NCBI GenBank assembly: GCA_963792415.1
Contig: CAWBVY010000004.1
Span: forward strand, 32,001-96,000
Direction of reading: 5' to 3'
Source: Candidatus Deferrimicrobiaceae bacterium
Lineage (GTDB): Bacteria; Desulfobacterota; Deferrimicrobia; Deferrimicrobiales; Deferrimicrobiaceae
DNA: 64,000 nt
Each line of letters starts with the position of its first letter. Position 1 is the first letter of the stretch. Positions 30,108 to 44,685 of the stretch are shown in pieces. The translations under genes and the position numbers were made by a program. Under the pieces are notes generated by a model that saw nothing but the letters and a program-made list of their open reading frames with translations, was not told where the DNA came from and searched no databases.

Positions 30108-32152
30108 GCCCGGACTCCTCCCCGGATCGCCGCGAGGACCGATTTCGCGCGATCGCGCACCGCCTCCGGCGTGATCCCCAGCTCACGGAAGACCCTGCCG
30201 GCCGGCGCGGAAGCGCCGAACCGGTCGATCCCGACCGACGCGCCGCGGTCCCCCACGTACCGCCCCCATCCGAAGGTCGACCCCGCCTCCACGGAGACGC
30301 GGGCGGGAACCGACGGCGGCAGGACCGCCTCCCGGTACCCCGCCTCCTGCTCCTCGAACCGTTCCCAGCACGGCATGCTCACCACGCGCGCCGGCACACC
30401 CTCCTCCGCCAGCAGCTTCCTCGCCGCCAGCGCCACGGACACCTCGGATCCCGTGGCGATCAGCAGGACGTCGGGACGGCCGTCCCCCGCGTCCTCCAGC
30501 ACGTAGGCTCCGCGGAACACGCCGTCTTCGCGGAATACGCTTGAAGGCGGAAGGACGGGGAGTTTCTGCCGCGTGAGGACGAGCGCCGTGGGGCCCGTGG
30601 TCCGTTCCAGCGCCATCCGCCACGCCGCCGCCGTCTCGTTCGCGTCCGCGGGCCGGACGACGTGAAGGGTCGGCATCGCCCGAAGCGACGCGAGCTGTTC
30701 GACCGGCTGGTGCGTCGGCCCGTCCTCACCGACGCCGATGGAGTCGTGCGTGAACACGTAGACGACGCGGCACCCCATCAGCGCCGCCAGGCGGATGGAA
30801 GGACGCATGTAGTCCGAGAAGATGAAGAAGGTGGAGCCGTACGGGATCACCCCCCCGTGCCGCGCCATCCCGTTGAGGACCGCCCCCATCCCGTGCTCGC
30901 GCACCCCGAAATGGACGTTCCGGCCGCCCGGTTCTACATCGGGAAGGAACTCGCCGCCGCCCTTTATCACCGTCACCGTCGAAGGGGACAGGTCCGCCGA
31001 CCCTCCGGCAAGCTCCGGCACCTTCGCGGCGATCGCGTTGAGCACCTTGCCGGACGCGCTACGGGTGGCCATCGGACCGGCCTCGGGCGGAAACGTCGGG
31101 AATCCCTCCGCCCATCCCTCGGGGAGGTCGCCCCACATCCGCCGCTCCCATTCGAGGGCGAGCGCCGGGAACGCGGCGGCGTAGGCGGCGAACTTCATCC
31201 GCCACGCCTTCTCCGCCTTCTCGCCGCGCTCCAGCGCCTCCCGGAAATGAGCGAGGACGTCTTCCGGCACGAGGAAGGCCGGGGTGGCGGGCCACCCGAG
31301 GCGTTCCTTCGTGAGTGCGACCTCGGCCTCCCCCAGAGGCGCCCCGTGGGCGCCCGCGGTGTCCTGCTTGTTGGGGCTTCCGTACCCGATGGTCGTGCGG
31401 ACGATCACGAGGGTGGGGCGCTCCTTCTCTCCGAACGCCACCTCGATCGCCGCCTCCATCCCGGCGAGATCCGTATTCCCGTCCCCGACGTTCACCACGT
31501 TCCACCCGTACGCCCGGAAGCGGCCCGCCGTGTCCTCCCGGAAGGCGAGGTCGGTGGACCCTTCGATCGTGATCCGGTTGTCATCGTAGAACGCGACGAG
31601 GTTTCCAAGCCGGTGGAACCCGGCCAGAGAGGCCGCCTCGGATGCGATCCCCTCCATCAGGTCGCCGTCGGAGCACAGCGCCACGATCCGATGCGAGACG
31701 ATCTCGTGTCCGGGGCGGTTGAACCGCTGCGCCATCATCCGGGAGGCCACCGCCATCCCGACGGCGTTCCCAAGCCCCTGGCCCAACGGGCCCGTGGTCA
31801 CCTCGACGCCAGGGGTGTGCCCGGCCTCGGGGTGTCCGGGGGTCCTGCTCCCCCACTGCCGGAACTCCCGCAGGTCGTCGAGGGTCACGTCGAACCCGGT
31901 GAGGTGGAGCAGGGAGTAGAGGAGCATGGAGGCGTGGCCGCAGGAGAGGACGAACCGGTCGCGCCCGGCCCAATCGGGGTTCGCCGGGTTGTACCGCAGA
32001 TACTTCGTCCACAGCAGGTACGACAGCGGCGCCAGCCCCATCGGCGCGCCGGGGTGCCCCGACTCCGCCTTCTGGACCGCATCGACCGACAGGAACCGGA
32101 TGGTGTTGATCGCCCGCAACGCAAGCGCGTTGTTCTCCACGGTGGCCTCCAT
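30104..32152 (-). CDS. tkt: Transketolase
   Basis: [36 protein letters not shown] motifs. Confidence 0.97.
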   Translation of the reverse strand: MEATVENNALALRAINTIRFLSVDAVQKAESGHPGAPMGLAPLSYLLWTKYLRYNPANPDWAGRDRFVLSCGHASMLLYSLLHLTGFDVTLDDLREFRQWGSRTPGHPEAGHTPGVEVTTGPLGQGLGNAVGMAVASRMMAQRFNRPGHEIVSHRIVALCSDGDLMEGIASEAASLAGFHRLGNLVAFYDDNRITIEGSTDLAFREDTAGRFRAYGWNVVNVGDGNTDLAGMEAAIEVAFGEKERPTLVIVRTTIGYGSPNKQDTAGAHGAPLGEAEVALTKERLGWPATPAFLVPEDVLAHFREALERGEKAEKAWRMKFAAYAAAFPALALEWERRMWGDLPEGWAEGFPTFPPEAGPMATRSASGKVLNAIAAKVPELAGGSADLSPSTVTVIKGGGEFLPDVEPGGRNVHFGVREHGMGAVLNGMARHGGVIPYGSTFFIFSDYMRPSIRLAALMGCRVVYVFTHDSIGVGEDGPTHQPVEQLASLRAMPTLHVVRPADANETAAAWRMALERTTGPTALVLTRQKLPVLPPSSVFREDGVFRGAYVLEDAGDGRPDVLLIATGSEVSVALAARKLLAEEGVPARVVSMPCWERFEEQEAGYREAVLPPSVPARVSVEAGSTFGWGRYVGDRGASVGIDRFGASAPAGRVFRELGITPEAVRDRAKSVLAAIRGGVRA

Positions 32153-32200
32153 TGATTGGGTCAGCGAAGATTCATCTTATCATCGCCGATCCCCTTCATT

Positions 32201-32893
32201 TTAATCCCCCGCCATGGAAATATTGAATTCGACGACCGAGGCCAGCCCGAGGAGGGTTTTCGACAATTTCTCGATATTGTCGCCATCCATGGTTCGAACG
32301 GTCATGCGATATTCCAGCTGCTCCCCCTTTTCCAACAGTCGGTAGCTGACCTTGGCGACGGAAAACCCGTTTTTTTCATGCAATTCCCTGATTTCCGTCT
32401 CGGACAGATAGTTGTCCCGACCGAAGACGATGGTGTTGTTCGCGAATATCTGCACAGGCATCCTGTTTTCCACCTTCCGGAAAACCGTCAATATCCCGAC
32501 CGTGATGACGGATCCGACGAGGACGACGCTGTAGAAACCTACCCCGGCGAGAATTCCTATCGCAGCCGTAATCCAGATGGAAGCCGCGGTCGTCAACCCC
32601 CGCACGGTAAGTCCTTCCCGCACGATAACGCCCGCACCGAGAAAGCCGATTCCGGTCATGACCCCCTGCGCCATGCGCGTCGGGTCGATTCGAACGGTCT
32701 CGAGCGGCGCACCGGCAAACCATTTCGCCTGGTACATCGTGACGAGCATCAGCAGGCTCGATGCGAGACAAACCAGCGTATGCGTCCTGAAACCGGCCGG
32801 GCGGCCATGATAACTCCGCTCCAGCCCGATGATCCCGCCGGCCAGGGTCGCAACCAGCAGATGCGTCAATATATCGAGCCATTCCCGCTCCAT
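32201..32893 (-). CDS. MgtC/SapB family membrane protein
   Basis: IGLER...PAGFRTH, DPTRMAQGVMTGIGFLGAG, GLTTAASIW motifs. AAGGAG RBS. Confidence 0.9.
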   Translation of the reverse strand: MEREWLDILTHLLVATLAGGIIGLERSYHGRPAGFRTHTLVCLASSLLMLVTMYQAKWFAGAPLETVRIDPTRMAQGVMTGIGFLGAGVIVREGLTVRGLTTAASIWITAAIGILAGVGFYSVVLVGSVITVGILTVFRKVENRMPVQIFANNTIVFGRDNYLSETEIRELHEKNGFSVAKVSYRLLEKGEQLEYRMTVRTMDGDNIEKLSKTLLGLASVVEFNISMAGD

Positions 32894-32916
32894 GCCGTGA
32901 ACTCCTTTCCGTTGCG

Positions 32917-33486
32917 TTACCCCCGGTAATGGTCGAACAGGATCTTCACGCCGATGGCGACGAGGACGAGGCCGCCGACGACCTCCATCCGACTGCCGAA
33001 GACCGTGCCCAGGCGCTTGCCGAGATGGAGCCCCGCGGCGGTGAAGGTGCACGCCACGATCCCGATCACGATTCCCGGGTAGACGATCCCCTCGCTGTGG
33101 AGCACGCCGAGGCTGATCCCCACCGCGAGCGCGTCGATGCTGGTCGCCACCGACAGGACGACCAGGGACATCCCGCGCGTGGGATCCTTCCCGCCGCCGC
33201 CTTCCTCCCCGCCTCCCCATCCCCCCTCGTACATCATCTTCCCGCCGATGTACCCGAGCAGGGCGAAGGCGAGCCAATGGTCGTACCCCTTGATGTACCT
33301 CTCCACGGTCATCCCCGCAAGGTACCCGACCACGGGCATCAGGAACTGGAAGAGGCCGAAGTGAAAGGCGAGGCGGAAGGTCTGCCGGCCGGACACCGAC
33401 CCGAGAACGATCCCCGTGGCGATCGCCACGGCAAAGGCGTCCATCGCCAGACCCACCGCGACCCCGAGAAGCGTCAGGGTGTCGAT
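32917..33486 (-). CDS. mntP: Manganese efflux pump MntP (apparent ATC start)
   Basis: AMDAFAVA, FQFLMP, DHW, ATSIDALAVG motifs. The frame extends to ATC 33486, 5 nt after GGAGG. Confidence 0.88.
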   Translation of the reverse strand: MDTLTLLGVAVGLAMDAFAVAIATGIVLGSVSGRQTFRLAFHFGLFQFLMPVVGYLAGMTVERYIKGYDHWLAFALLGYIGGKMMYEGGWGGGEEGGGGKDPTRGMSLVVLSVATSIDALAVGISLGVLHSEGIVYPGIVIGIVACTFTAAGLHLGKRLGTVFGSRMEVVGGLVLVAIGVKILFDHYRG

Positions 33487-33554
33487 CGGAACCTCCCTCG
33501 GAGTGCTACCATTAGGTCATTGCTTAAAGATACCGCGTGGGAGGTCGGGACGCC

Positions 33555-36329
<2,775 letters not shown>

Positions 36330-36353
36330 CGGGACGCTCCGAGCCGGGTCGGC

Positions 36354-36983
36354 TCAGAGACCGGAAACCTGCTCTGAGATCACGAAGCCGCGTTCCCGGA
36401 GCGCCCGGCGGACCGCCGGGCCGTCGATCGTGGCGACCCGCAGGTGGGCGTTCAGCGCCCCGATCTCGCCCTGCGGCGCGATCAGGACGCTGCGGACCTC
36501 GACGCCCATCCCCCCGAAGACGTCGATCAGCTCCTCGAACCGGGCCATGTTCCGGGGAAAGGTGACGTCGACGCAGAAGCAGACCTCGTTCACGTCGAGG
36601 AGGTCGACGAAGGCCTTCAGCAGGTCGGCTCTCGTGATGATCCCTACCAGGCGGTCCCCGGAGAGCACGGGGAGGGCACCGAACTTTTCCCGGGTGAGGA
36701 TGAGGAGCGCGTCCTCGACCGAATCGTCGGGGGTGACGGACCAGACCTCCGTCCGCATCGCCTCCCGAACCGGCAGGTCTTCCGCCGTGCCCCCTTCCGC
36801 GGGCATCGTGCCGTACGAGGCGTTCCGCAGGTCCGCGTCGGACAGGATCCCGACCAGTCTCCCGCCCTCGACCACCGGAAGGTGGTGGAACCGGTGCTCC
36901 CGGAGGATCCTCGCAGCGAACGAGAGCGGGTCGTCCGGCGACACCGTCTTCGGATCCCTCGTCATCCGCTTCCCGACGTACAT
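36354..36983 (-). CDS. CBS-pair + ACT-like domain protein (AcuB-like)
   Basis: Two CBS repeats (HHLPVV...LVGILSD; GALPV...LVGIITRADLL) followed by a C-terminal ACT-like segment. Confidence 0.85.
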   Translation of the reverse strand: MYVGKRMTRDPKTVSPDDPLSFAARILREHRFHHLPVVEGGRLVGILSDADLRNASYGTMPAEGGTAEDLPVREAMRTEVWSVTPDDSVEDALLILTREKFGALPVLSGDRLVGIITRADLLKAFVDLLDVNEVCFCVDVTFPRNMARFEELIDVFGGMGVEVRSVLIAPQGEIGALNAHLRVATIDGPAVRRALRERGFVISEQVSGL

Positions 36984-37023
36984 CCGACCCTCCTGCGCAC
37001 CGCGAAGGGACCACCGGGCCCTT

Positions 37024-37039
37024 TGCAAACCGGCTGCCC
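37024..37039 (-). promoter_or_regulatory. Putative sigma54 -24/-12 promoter upstream of the CBS gene
   Basis: Minus strand reads GGGCAGCCGGTTTGCA (GG-N10-GC), about 40 nt upstream of ATG 36983. Confidence 0.5.
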
Positions 37040-37161
37040 GGCTTTAATGTAACGCATCCCCCCCGGCCTGCACAAGGGCGCCCTCCGGATCGAAAAAGAC
37101 GGATATTCCGGCACGTCGAACCGGGATAGAATGCCGGGGTATCCGTTCGGCAACTGCGACA

Positions 37162-37231
37162 AGGAGGGCGCCCCACTCCCGTATGAAATACGCTCCCTGG
37201 GGTACCCTCACTACAGGAAAAACGGAGGGCA
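37162..37231 (-). repeat. Dispersed repeat, copy B (inverted), forming the 5' UTR/RBS of the next gene
   Basis: Reverse complement reads GCCCTCCGTTTTTCCTGTAGTGAGGGTACCCCAGGGAGCGTATTTCATACGGGAGTGGGGCGCCCTCC. Confidence 0.85.
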
Positions 37232-37236
37232 ACACG

Positions 37237-37734
37237 ATGCAGACGAAACGATGGACGATTCTCGCGCTAGCGGTCGGGATCCTGCTGGTGGCGGGGGGGC
37301 CGTTCCCGGCGGTCACGGCCGTCCGGGCGGACCCGGGATGCGGCCACCATGCAGGGTGCGGTCCGGGTTGCCCCCACCACGGCGAGCGCCCGGGGTGCCC
37401 CGGGTGCGGGGGCGAGCGCGGCTGCCCCAAGGGTGCGGGGCAGGCGGTTCCCCCCTGCATGCAGGACAACGCGGCCGCCGTCCCCGGGGGGATGCACCGG
37501 AGGATGCACGGCGGCGAAGGGGCTCCGCCGATGCGGAATGCGATGGGGCAGCATATGGAGGAGATGCGGGCCACGGTGGGGCAACTGCGCGCGCTCGAAG
37601 CGAAGATGGAGAGCCTGAAATCGAAGGACGACGCGGCCGCCTTCCGCGCCGCCTCCCTCGAGCATTCGAAACTGCTGACCGACCTCCAGGCGTCGCACCT
37701 GAAGCACATGGAAGAGATGATGGGCGGGAGATGA
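37237..37734 (+). CDS. Exported Cys/His/Met-rich hypothetical protein
   Basis: Signal peptide, CGHHAGCGPGCPHH...CPGC...CPK, then a Met/His-rich helical C-terminus. GGAGGG RBS. Confidence 0.7.
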   Translation: MQTKRWTILALAVGILLVAGGPFPAVTAVRADPGCGHHAGCGPGCPHHGERPGCPGCGGERGCPKGAGQAVPPCMQDNAAAVPGGMHRRMHGGEGAPPMRNAMGQHMEEMRATVGQLRALEAKMESLKSKDDAAAFRAASLEHSKLLTDLQASHLKHMEEMMGGR

Positions 37735-37803
37735 ACCGGGCGGCTCCAACCCGGCGCGCCCCCGCCCACGGATAGCCGAAGGAAGGAAAATTTTCCCGGG
37801 AGG

Positions 37804-37834
37804 CCCCGGCGGGGAGGCAAGCCCCCCGCCGGGG
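37804..37834. terminator. Hairpin between convergent genes
   Basis: CCCCGGCGGGG-AGGCAAGCC-CCCCGCCGGGG. Confidence 0.6.
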
Positions 37835-37860
37835 AATGGTACCGCGCCCGATCCGCCCGG

Positions 37861-40363
<2,503 letters not shown>

Positions 40364-40366
<3 letters not shown>

Positions 40367-40655
40367 TGTTGCATTTCATACGGCTGTGGCCCCCGTTCTC
40401 CTACTGCGGGGGTACCCCAGGGAGCGCATTTCGTCCGGGAGTGGGGTGCCCCCCGTTCTCCTACTGCGGGGGTACCCCAGGGAGCGCATTTCGTCCGGGA
40501 GTGGGGTGCCCCCCGTTCTCCTACTGCGGGGGTACCCCAGGGAGCGCATTTCGTCCGGGAGTGGGGTGCCCCCCGTTCTCCTACTGCGGGGGTACCCCAG
40601 GGAGCGCATTTCGTCCGGGAGTGGGGCGCCCCCCCTCCTGCGGCGACTCCGCCGA
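40364..40655 (+). repeat. Repeat copy C: TIR-like end plus 4 tandem 60-bp units (40391-40630) plus family tail
   Basis: Unit CCCCGTTCTCCTACTGCGGGGGTACCCCAGGGAGCGCATTTCGTCCGGGAGTGGGGTGCC repeated 4 times, with one mismatch in the last unit. Confidence 0.95.
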
Positions 40656-40658
40656 AGG

Positions 40659-43295
40659 TTACGATTCCTTCCCCGGGGAGGCCAAGTAGCAGACGACCCG
40701 CTGGCGGAACGAATTGGCGTTCAGGTACAGGCGCCGCCCGCCTCCCGCGTCGGGGAAATCGATGACGCGGACGACCCCCTCCCACTCCGTATCCTCGGGG
40801 AGCAGTTCGGCGAGGCGGTTCGGGGCGCCCGCGAGGAACTTCAGGTTCAGGGAATCCCCGCGCCTCGTCGGGTGGACCGCAAGGTACAGCATGTTCGCCT
40901 CGACCAGGTCGTTGAAAAAGTGGGTCCCGAGCGACATGTCGGGAACCACGGGCATCCCCACCCCGATGATCTCGCAGATCGCCGACACCTTGTCGATCTC
41001 GGCGAACGATACGGGCACCCCGAGGGACGACGTGCTCGTCCCCCAGCGGCCGGGGCCCAGCAGCAGGGTGTTGCGGTCCCCCCCTTCCCGTGGAAGATGG
41101 ACGATCCGGCCGATGAGACGTCCGACGGAGGGTCGGTCCCGCAGCGGGAGCGCCGAGTAGGCCGCGGGGTCGACGAAGATCACGCGGTCGAGGCGGGACA
41201 GGGAGCTTTGCCCGATGACCGGCCCGCGCGACTCGAGCAGGAGGGCGCCCCGCGGGATCCGCTTCGGCGGGTCGACGATGTTCCCCCCCTCCTTCACCTG
41301 CAGCGGCCGGCATTGCACGAGATTCACGAGACACCGCCCGTCCGGAAGGAAGTTCGCCGTAAACTCGGTGTCCACCGGGTATTCGTAGGCGTCCCGGAGG
41401 ATCCCCAGCATCTCCCGCAGGTACGGGACGAACGGGGTCTCGGAAAGGAGTTTCCCGAACGTGAGGACCCATCCTTCTCCGGAGGACCGGGGAGGCGCTC
41501 CCTCGGAGCGCGGCGGGGCGCTCCGGGGCACGGCGTAAAGGTCGATCGGCAGGTCGGGGGAGGCGCGCGCCACGTCGTCGATCCTCTCCGACGTGAACCG
41601 GTTCTCCCGCAGGTCGAGAAGGTCCACCCGGCGCTGTGAAAAGGCCGGGGAGCCGGACCGTTCCGCGTCGGGGCGGCGCTGCGGCGCGTTCAGCGCCACC
41701 AGGCGGGTGTAGTCGTCGTCGGACCGGTCGACCGCCCGGGTCCCCAGCCCGAACACCAGGCGCAGCACCCCGGCCTCGGGGTCGATCTGCTGGCTCCAGA
41801 CGTACGGGTTGTACGACAGGCCCACCCCCGCCACCTGCGGGTAGAACAGGTGCCCGTGGACCGCCCCCGACACGCGCTGGACGAGGATCGCCATCTGCTC
41901 GTCCCGGTCGATCAGCCCCCGGTGCGCGCGGTACAGAAGCGCCTCGGGGCTCATCGTGCTGGCGTACACGGTGCGGACCGCCGAGAGGAACGCGTCGAGG
42001 CGCTCCTTCGGCGACCCCTGGTTCGGGCAGAAAACGCTGTCGTACTTCCCCGTGAAGGCGTTGCCGAAGCCGTCCTCGAGAAGCGAGCTCGACCGGACGA
42101 TGATCGGCGACTGGCCGAAATACTCGAGCATCGCCACGAACTGCTCCTGGAGGAATCCCGGGAAAGTTCCCGACAGGATCCGCTCCCTCGCCACGTCGGC
42201 CCCGTCCATGAAGGTGTCGATGTTGCGTTGGTCCCTCCGTGCGCGCCAGCACCCGTTGCGGACGAGGAACGTGTAGAAGAAGTCGGAGCCGATGTAGAAC
42301 GAGTCGTGCGTCTCCAGCCGGTCCTTCCAGCGGGGATCCGTTCTGCAGAGGATCGCGCGGGCGAGAAGCATCCCTACCGACTTCCCGCCGATCAGCCCCG
42401 TGCCGATCATCCGTTTCCGGAGGGCGAGCAGGTCGTCGAGATCGAACCACCGGGAGGCGAGGCCCACCAGCCGCTCGTCGCGGGTGATGATCATCCGGAG
42501 GAGCCGCCCGAAGATCTCCGGCGCGTCCTTCCCGGGGCGCGCGCCGAGCCGGACCTCGTCGATCACCTCCCTCGCCTGGAGGAGCTTCCGGTCCCAGATG
42601 TCGAGCGTGCGCGAGGCGGCGTCCACGCGCCGCTTCGAGAGGTCCTCCAGCACCTCGGAGAGGACCGCGCTCTCCGTGAGGGGGCGGAACGCCTTCCCGT
42701 CGCGGACGTGGGGTAGATACATCGTCGGGGAGGAGCGCCGGTCGACCTTCAGCGGGTGGACGTAGAGGCGGTCCTTGTGGCGGAAGACGTCGATCAGCAA
42801 CTGCGTCGTGCCGCGGATCGACGAGACGGCGTGGAACGAGTGTCCGTCGCGCAGAAGGGCGAAGTAGGTCACCGTGTCGAGGTCGTACAGGTACGGGCAG
42901 GTGACCATGAAGAAGTTGCCCAGCATCAGGTCGCTGTACCAGTCTGCCGCAAGGTCCGAAAGGCAGTCGAAGACGTAGAAGGCGCCCCGCCCCGCCTCCT
43001 CGATCACCTTGTGGATCCGGGCGGTGAACGTCTCGAAGCCCACTTCGGGATGGAGGGTGTGGATCTCCGCGCCGATCCCCCGGGGGACGAGCTCGGGGTG
43101 GCGTGCGAAGCGGAAGTAGACGAGACGTTTCCCGCGGGCGATCGCGTCGCGGACGAACGGGTCGACGAAGGGACGGTAATCCTCGACGGCGTCCACCTGC
43201 CAGACGATGTTGTCGCCGGGGAGGATCCCCGTGAAAACCCGGTCCAGGCCGGGCAACCCGGTGCTCAATATCTCCGATTTCCGGCGCGCGGCCAG
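40659..43295 (-). CDS. PEP/pyruvate-binding (PPDK_N ATP-grasp) domain protein with N-terminal KaiC/RecA-like domain; start uncertain (CTG 43295 or TTG 43268)
   Basis: LSTGLPGLDRV N-terminus, IGGKSVG, IIVRSSSLLEDGFGNAFTGKY, MAILVQRV, GLGTRAV, LVQCRPL, GPGRWG, GTHFF motifs. Confidence 0.85.
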   Translation of the reverse strand: MAARRKSEILSTGLPGLDRVFTGILPGDNIVWQVDAVEDYRPFVDPFVRDAIARGKRLVYFRFARHPELVPRGIGAEIHTLHPEVGFETFTARIHKVIEEAGRGAFYVFDCLSDLAADWYSDLMLGNFFMVTCPYLYDLDTVTYFALLRDGHSFHAVSSIRGTTQLLIDVFRHKDRLYVHPLKVDRRSSPTMYLPHVRDGKAFRPLTESAVLSEVLEDLSKRRVDAASRTLDIWDRKLLQAREVIDEVRLGARPGKDAPEIFGRLLRMIITRDERLVGLASRWFDLDDLLALRKRMIGTGLIGGKSVGMLLARAILCRTDPRWKDRLETHDSFYIGSDFFYTFLVRNGCWRARRDQRNIDTFMDGADVARERILSGTFPGFLQEQFVAMLEYFGQSPIIVRSSSLLEDGFGNAFTGKYDSVFCPNQGSPKERLDAFLSAVRTVYASTMSPEALLYRAHRGLIDRDEQMAILVQRVSGAVHGHLFYPQVAGVGLSYNPYVWSQQIDPEAGVLRLVFGLGTRAVDRSDDDYTRLVALNAPQRRPDAERSGSPAFSQRRVDLLDLRENRFTSERIDDVARASPDLPIDLYAVPRSAPPRSEGAPPRSSGEGWVLTFGKLLSETPFVPYLREMLGILRDAYEYPVDTEFTANFLPDGRCLVNLVQCRPLQVKEGGNIVDPPKRIPRGALLLESRGPVIGQSSLSRLDRVIFVDPAAYSALPLRDRPSVGRLIGRIVHLPREGGDRNTLLLGPGRWGTSTSSLGVPVSFAEIDKVSAICEIIGVGMPVVPDMSLGTHFFNDLVEANMLYLAVHPTRRGDSLNLKFLAGAPNRLAELLPEDTEWEGVVRVIDFPDAGGGRRLYLNANSFRQRVVCYLASPGKES

Positions 43296-43365
43296 GGCGT
43301 CACCCCCCGTACGGATCGATCCGTTCCGAAGTACGTTACCACGACTCCCGGCATACAATGCGCAC

Positions 43366-43737
43366 ATGAGGGAGAGAGCGGCCATCCTGGTCTTCGATGC
43401 GGATTGCCCCGTGTGCCGCGCGGCCGCCGACTGGGTCCGGCGCAGCGCCGCCGTTCCCGACGCCTTCGAATATCTCCCCTGCCGCTCCGCGGAAACCCGT
43501 TCGCGATTCCCCGCGATCTCCGAGGCCGCATGCCTTGAGGCGATGCACCTCGTCCTGCACGACGGAACGATTCTCGCCGGGGAACAGGCGCTCCCCGAGA
43601 TCCTGCGCCGCACGCGGCGATACCGGTGGGCCGCCGTCCTCTTCCGGCTCCCCGGCGCCGGGATCGTGTCGCGCCTCCTCTACCGCGCCTTCGCGCGCCG
43701 ACGCCACGGGGTCTCCCGCCTTTTGCCTCCGAGGTGA
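43366..43737 (+). CDS. DCC1-like thiol-disulfide oxidoreductase (DUF393)
   Basis: LVFDADCPVC and ...LYRAFARRRH motifs. Confidence 0.85.
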   Translation: MRERAAILVFDADCPVCRAAADWVRRSAAVPDAFEYLPCRSAETRSRFPAISEAACLEAMHLVLHDGTILAGEQALPEILRRTRRYRWAAVLFRLPGAGIVSRLLYRAFARRRHGVSRLLPPR

Positions 43738-43921
43738 ATCGTCCCCGTGCCTGGAAGGGAGCCGGGAAATCCTGCTGGGAAAACCCCGGGAATGCCACGT
43801 CTCCCCCCCCCCACCCCCCAAAAAATTCTCGTGGGTGCGATGGTGGCCGGATCATGTATAATCAGCGGACGCGGGGTAGAGGCAGCGGTTCCGCAGCCCG
43901 GGGAATGGACGGGGAGGGGCG

Positions 43922-44656
43922 ATGATCCGGTTCGAGGGCGTCCACAAATGGTTCGACAAGCTGCACGTGCTGAACGACATCAACCTTCATGTGCGGACGG
44001 GCGAGGTCGTCGTGGTCTGCGGCCCCTCCGGCTCCGGGAAGTCCACCCTCATCCGGACGATCAATGACCTCGAGCCGATCAACGAGGGGAAGCTGTTTGT
44101 CGACGGGAAGGACCTCTCGGACAAGAAGACCGACATCAACAAGCTGCGGGCGGAGATCGGCTTCGTCTTCCAGCAGTTCAACCTCTACCCCCACCTCTCG
44201 GTCCTCAAGAACATCACCCTGGCCCCCATGAAGATCCGCAACAAGAGCCGGCAGGAGGCGGAAAAGAAGGCCCTCGCGCTCCTCGAGCGCGTCGGGTTGT
44301 CCGAGAAGCGGGACGCCTACCCGTCGCAGCTCTCGGGCGGCCAGCAGCAGCGGGTGGCGATCGCGCGGGGGCTCGCGATGGACCCGAAGATCATGCTCTT
44401 CGACGAGCCGACATCGGCCCTCGACCCCGAGATGATCGGCGAGGTTCTCCAGGTCATGAAGGACCTGGCGCTCTCGGGGATGACGATGGTCGTGGTCTCG
44501 CACGAAATGGGGTTCGCCCGGGAGGTCTCCCAACGCATCATCTTCATGGACTTCGGGACGATCCTGGAGGAGGCCCCTCCGGAGCAGTTCTTCAAGAACC
44601 CGCAACACGACCGGGCGAAGCAGTTCCTGAAGCAGATCCTTTCGCCCATGCACTGA
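43922..44656 (+). CDS. Polar amino acid ABC transporter ATP-binding subunit (GlnQ/GltL-like)
   Basis: [27 protein letters not shown] motifs. Confidence 0.95.
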   Translation: MIRFEGVHKWFDKLHVLNDINLHVRTGEVVVVCGPSGSGKSTLIRTINDLEPINEGKLFVDGKDLSDKKTDINKLRAEIGFVFQQFNLYPHLSVLKNITLAPMKIRNKSRQEAEKKALALLERVGLSEKRDAYPSQLSGGQQQRVAIARGLAMDPKIMLFDEPTSALDPEMIGEVLQVMKDLALSGMTMVVVSHEMGFAREVSQRIIFMDFGTILEEAPPEQFFKNPQHDRAKQFLKQILSPMH

Positions 44657-44685
44657 CCCACCACCAACAGGAGGAGGAAAGAACG

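Noticed and set aside
32153-32200. Duplication of the mntP 3' end flanking mgtC
   Set aside because: Only scattered matches; the region is better explained as the tkt promoter (TGATAAGAT on the minus strand).
33487-33554. yybP-ykoY Mn riboswitch before mntP
   Set aside because: There is not enough space and no recognisable consensus.
40391-40630. CRISPR array
   Set aside because: The units are contiguous and identical, with no unique spacers and no cas genes in the window.
43863-43921. Lysine or other amino acid riboswitch (GGTAGAGGC) before the ABC operon
   Set aside because: The leader is only about 55 nt, far too short, and the other conserved elements are absent.
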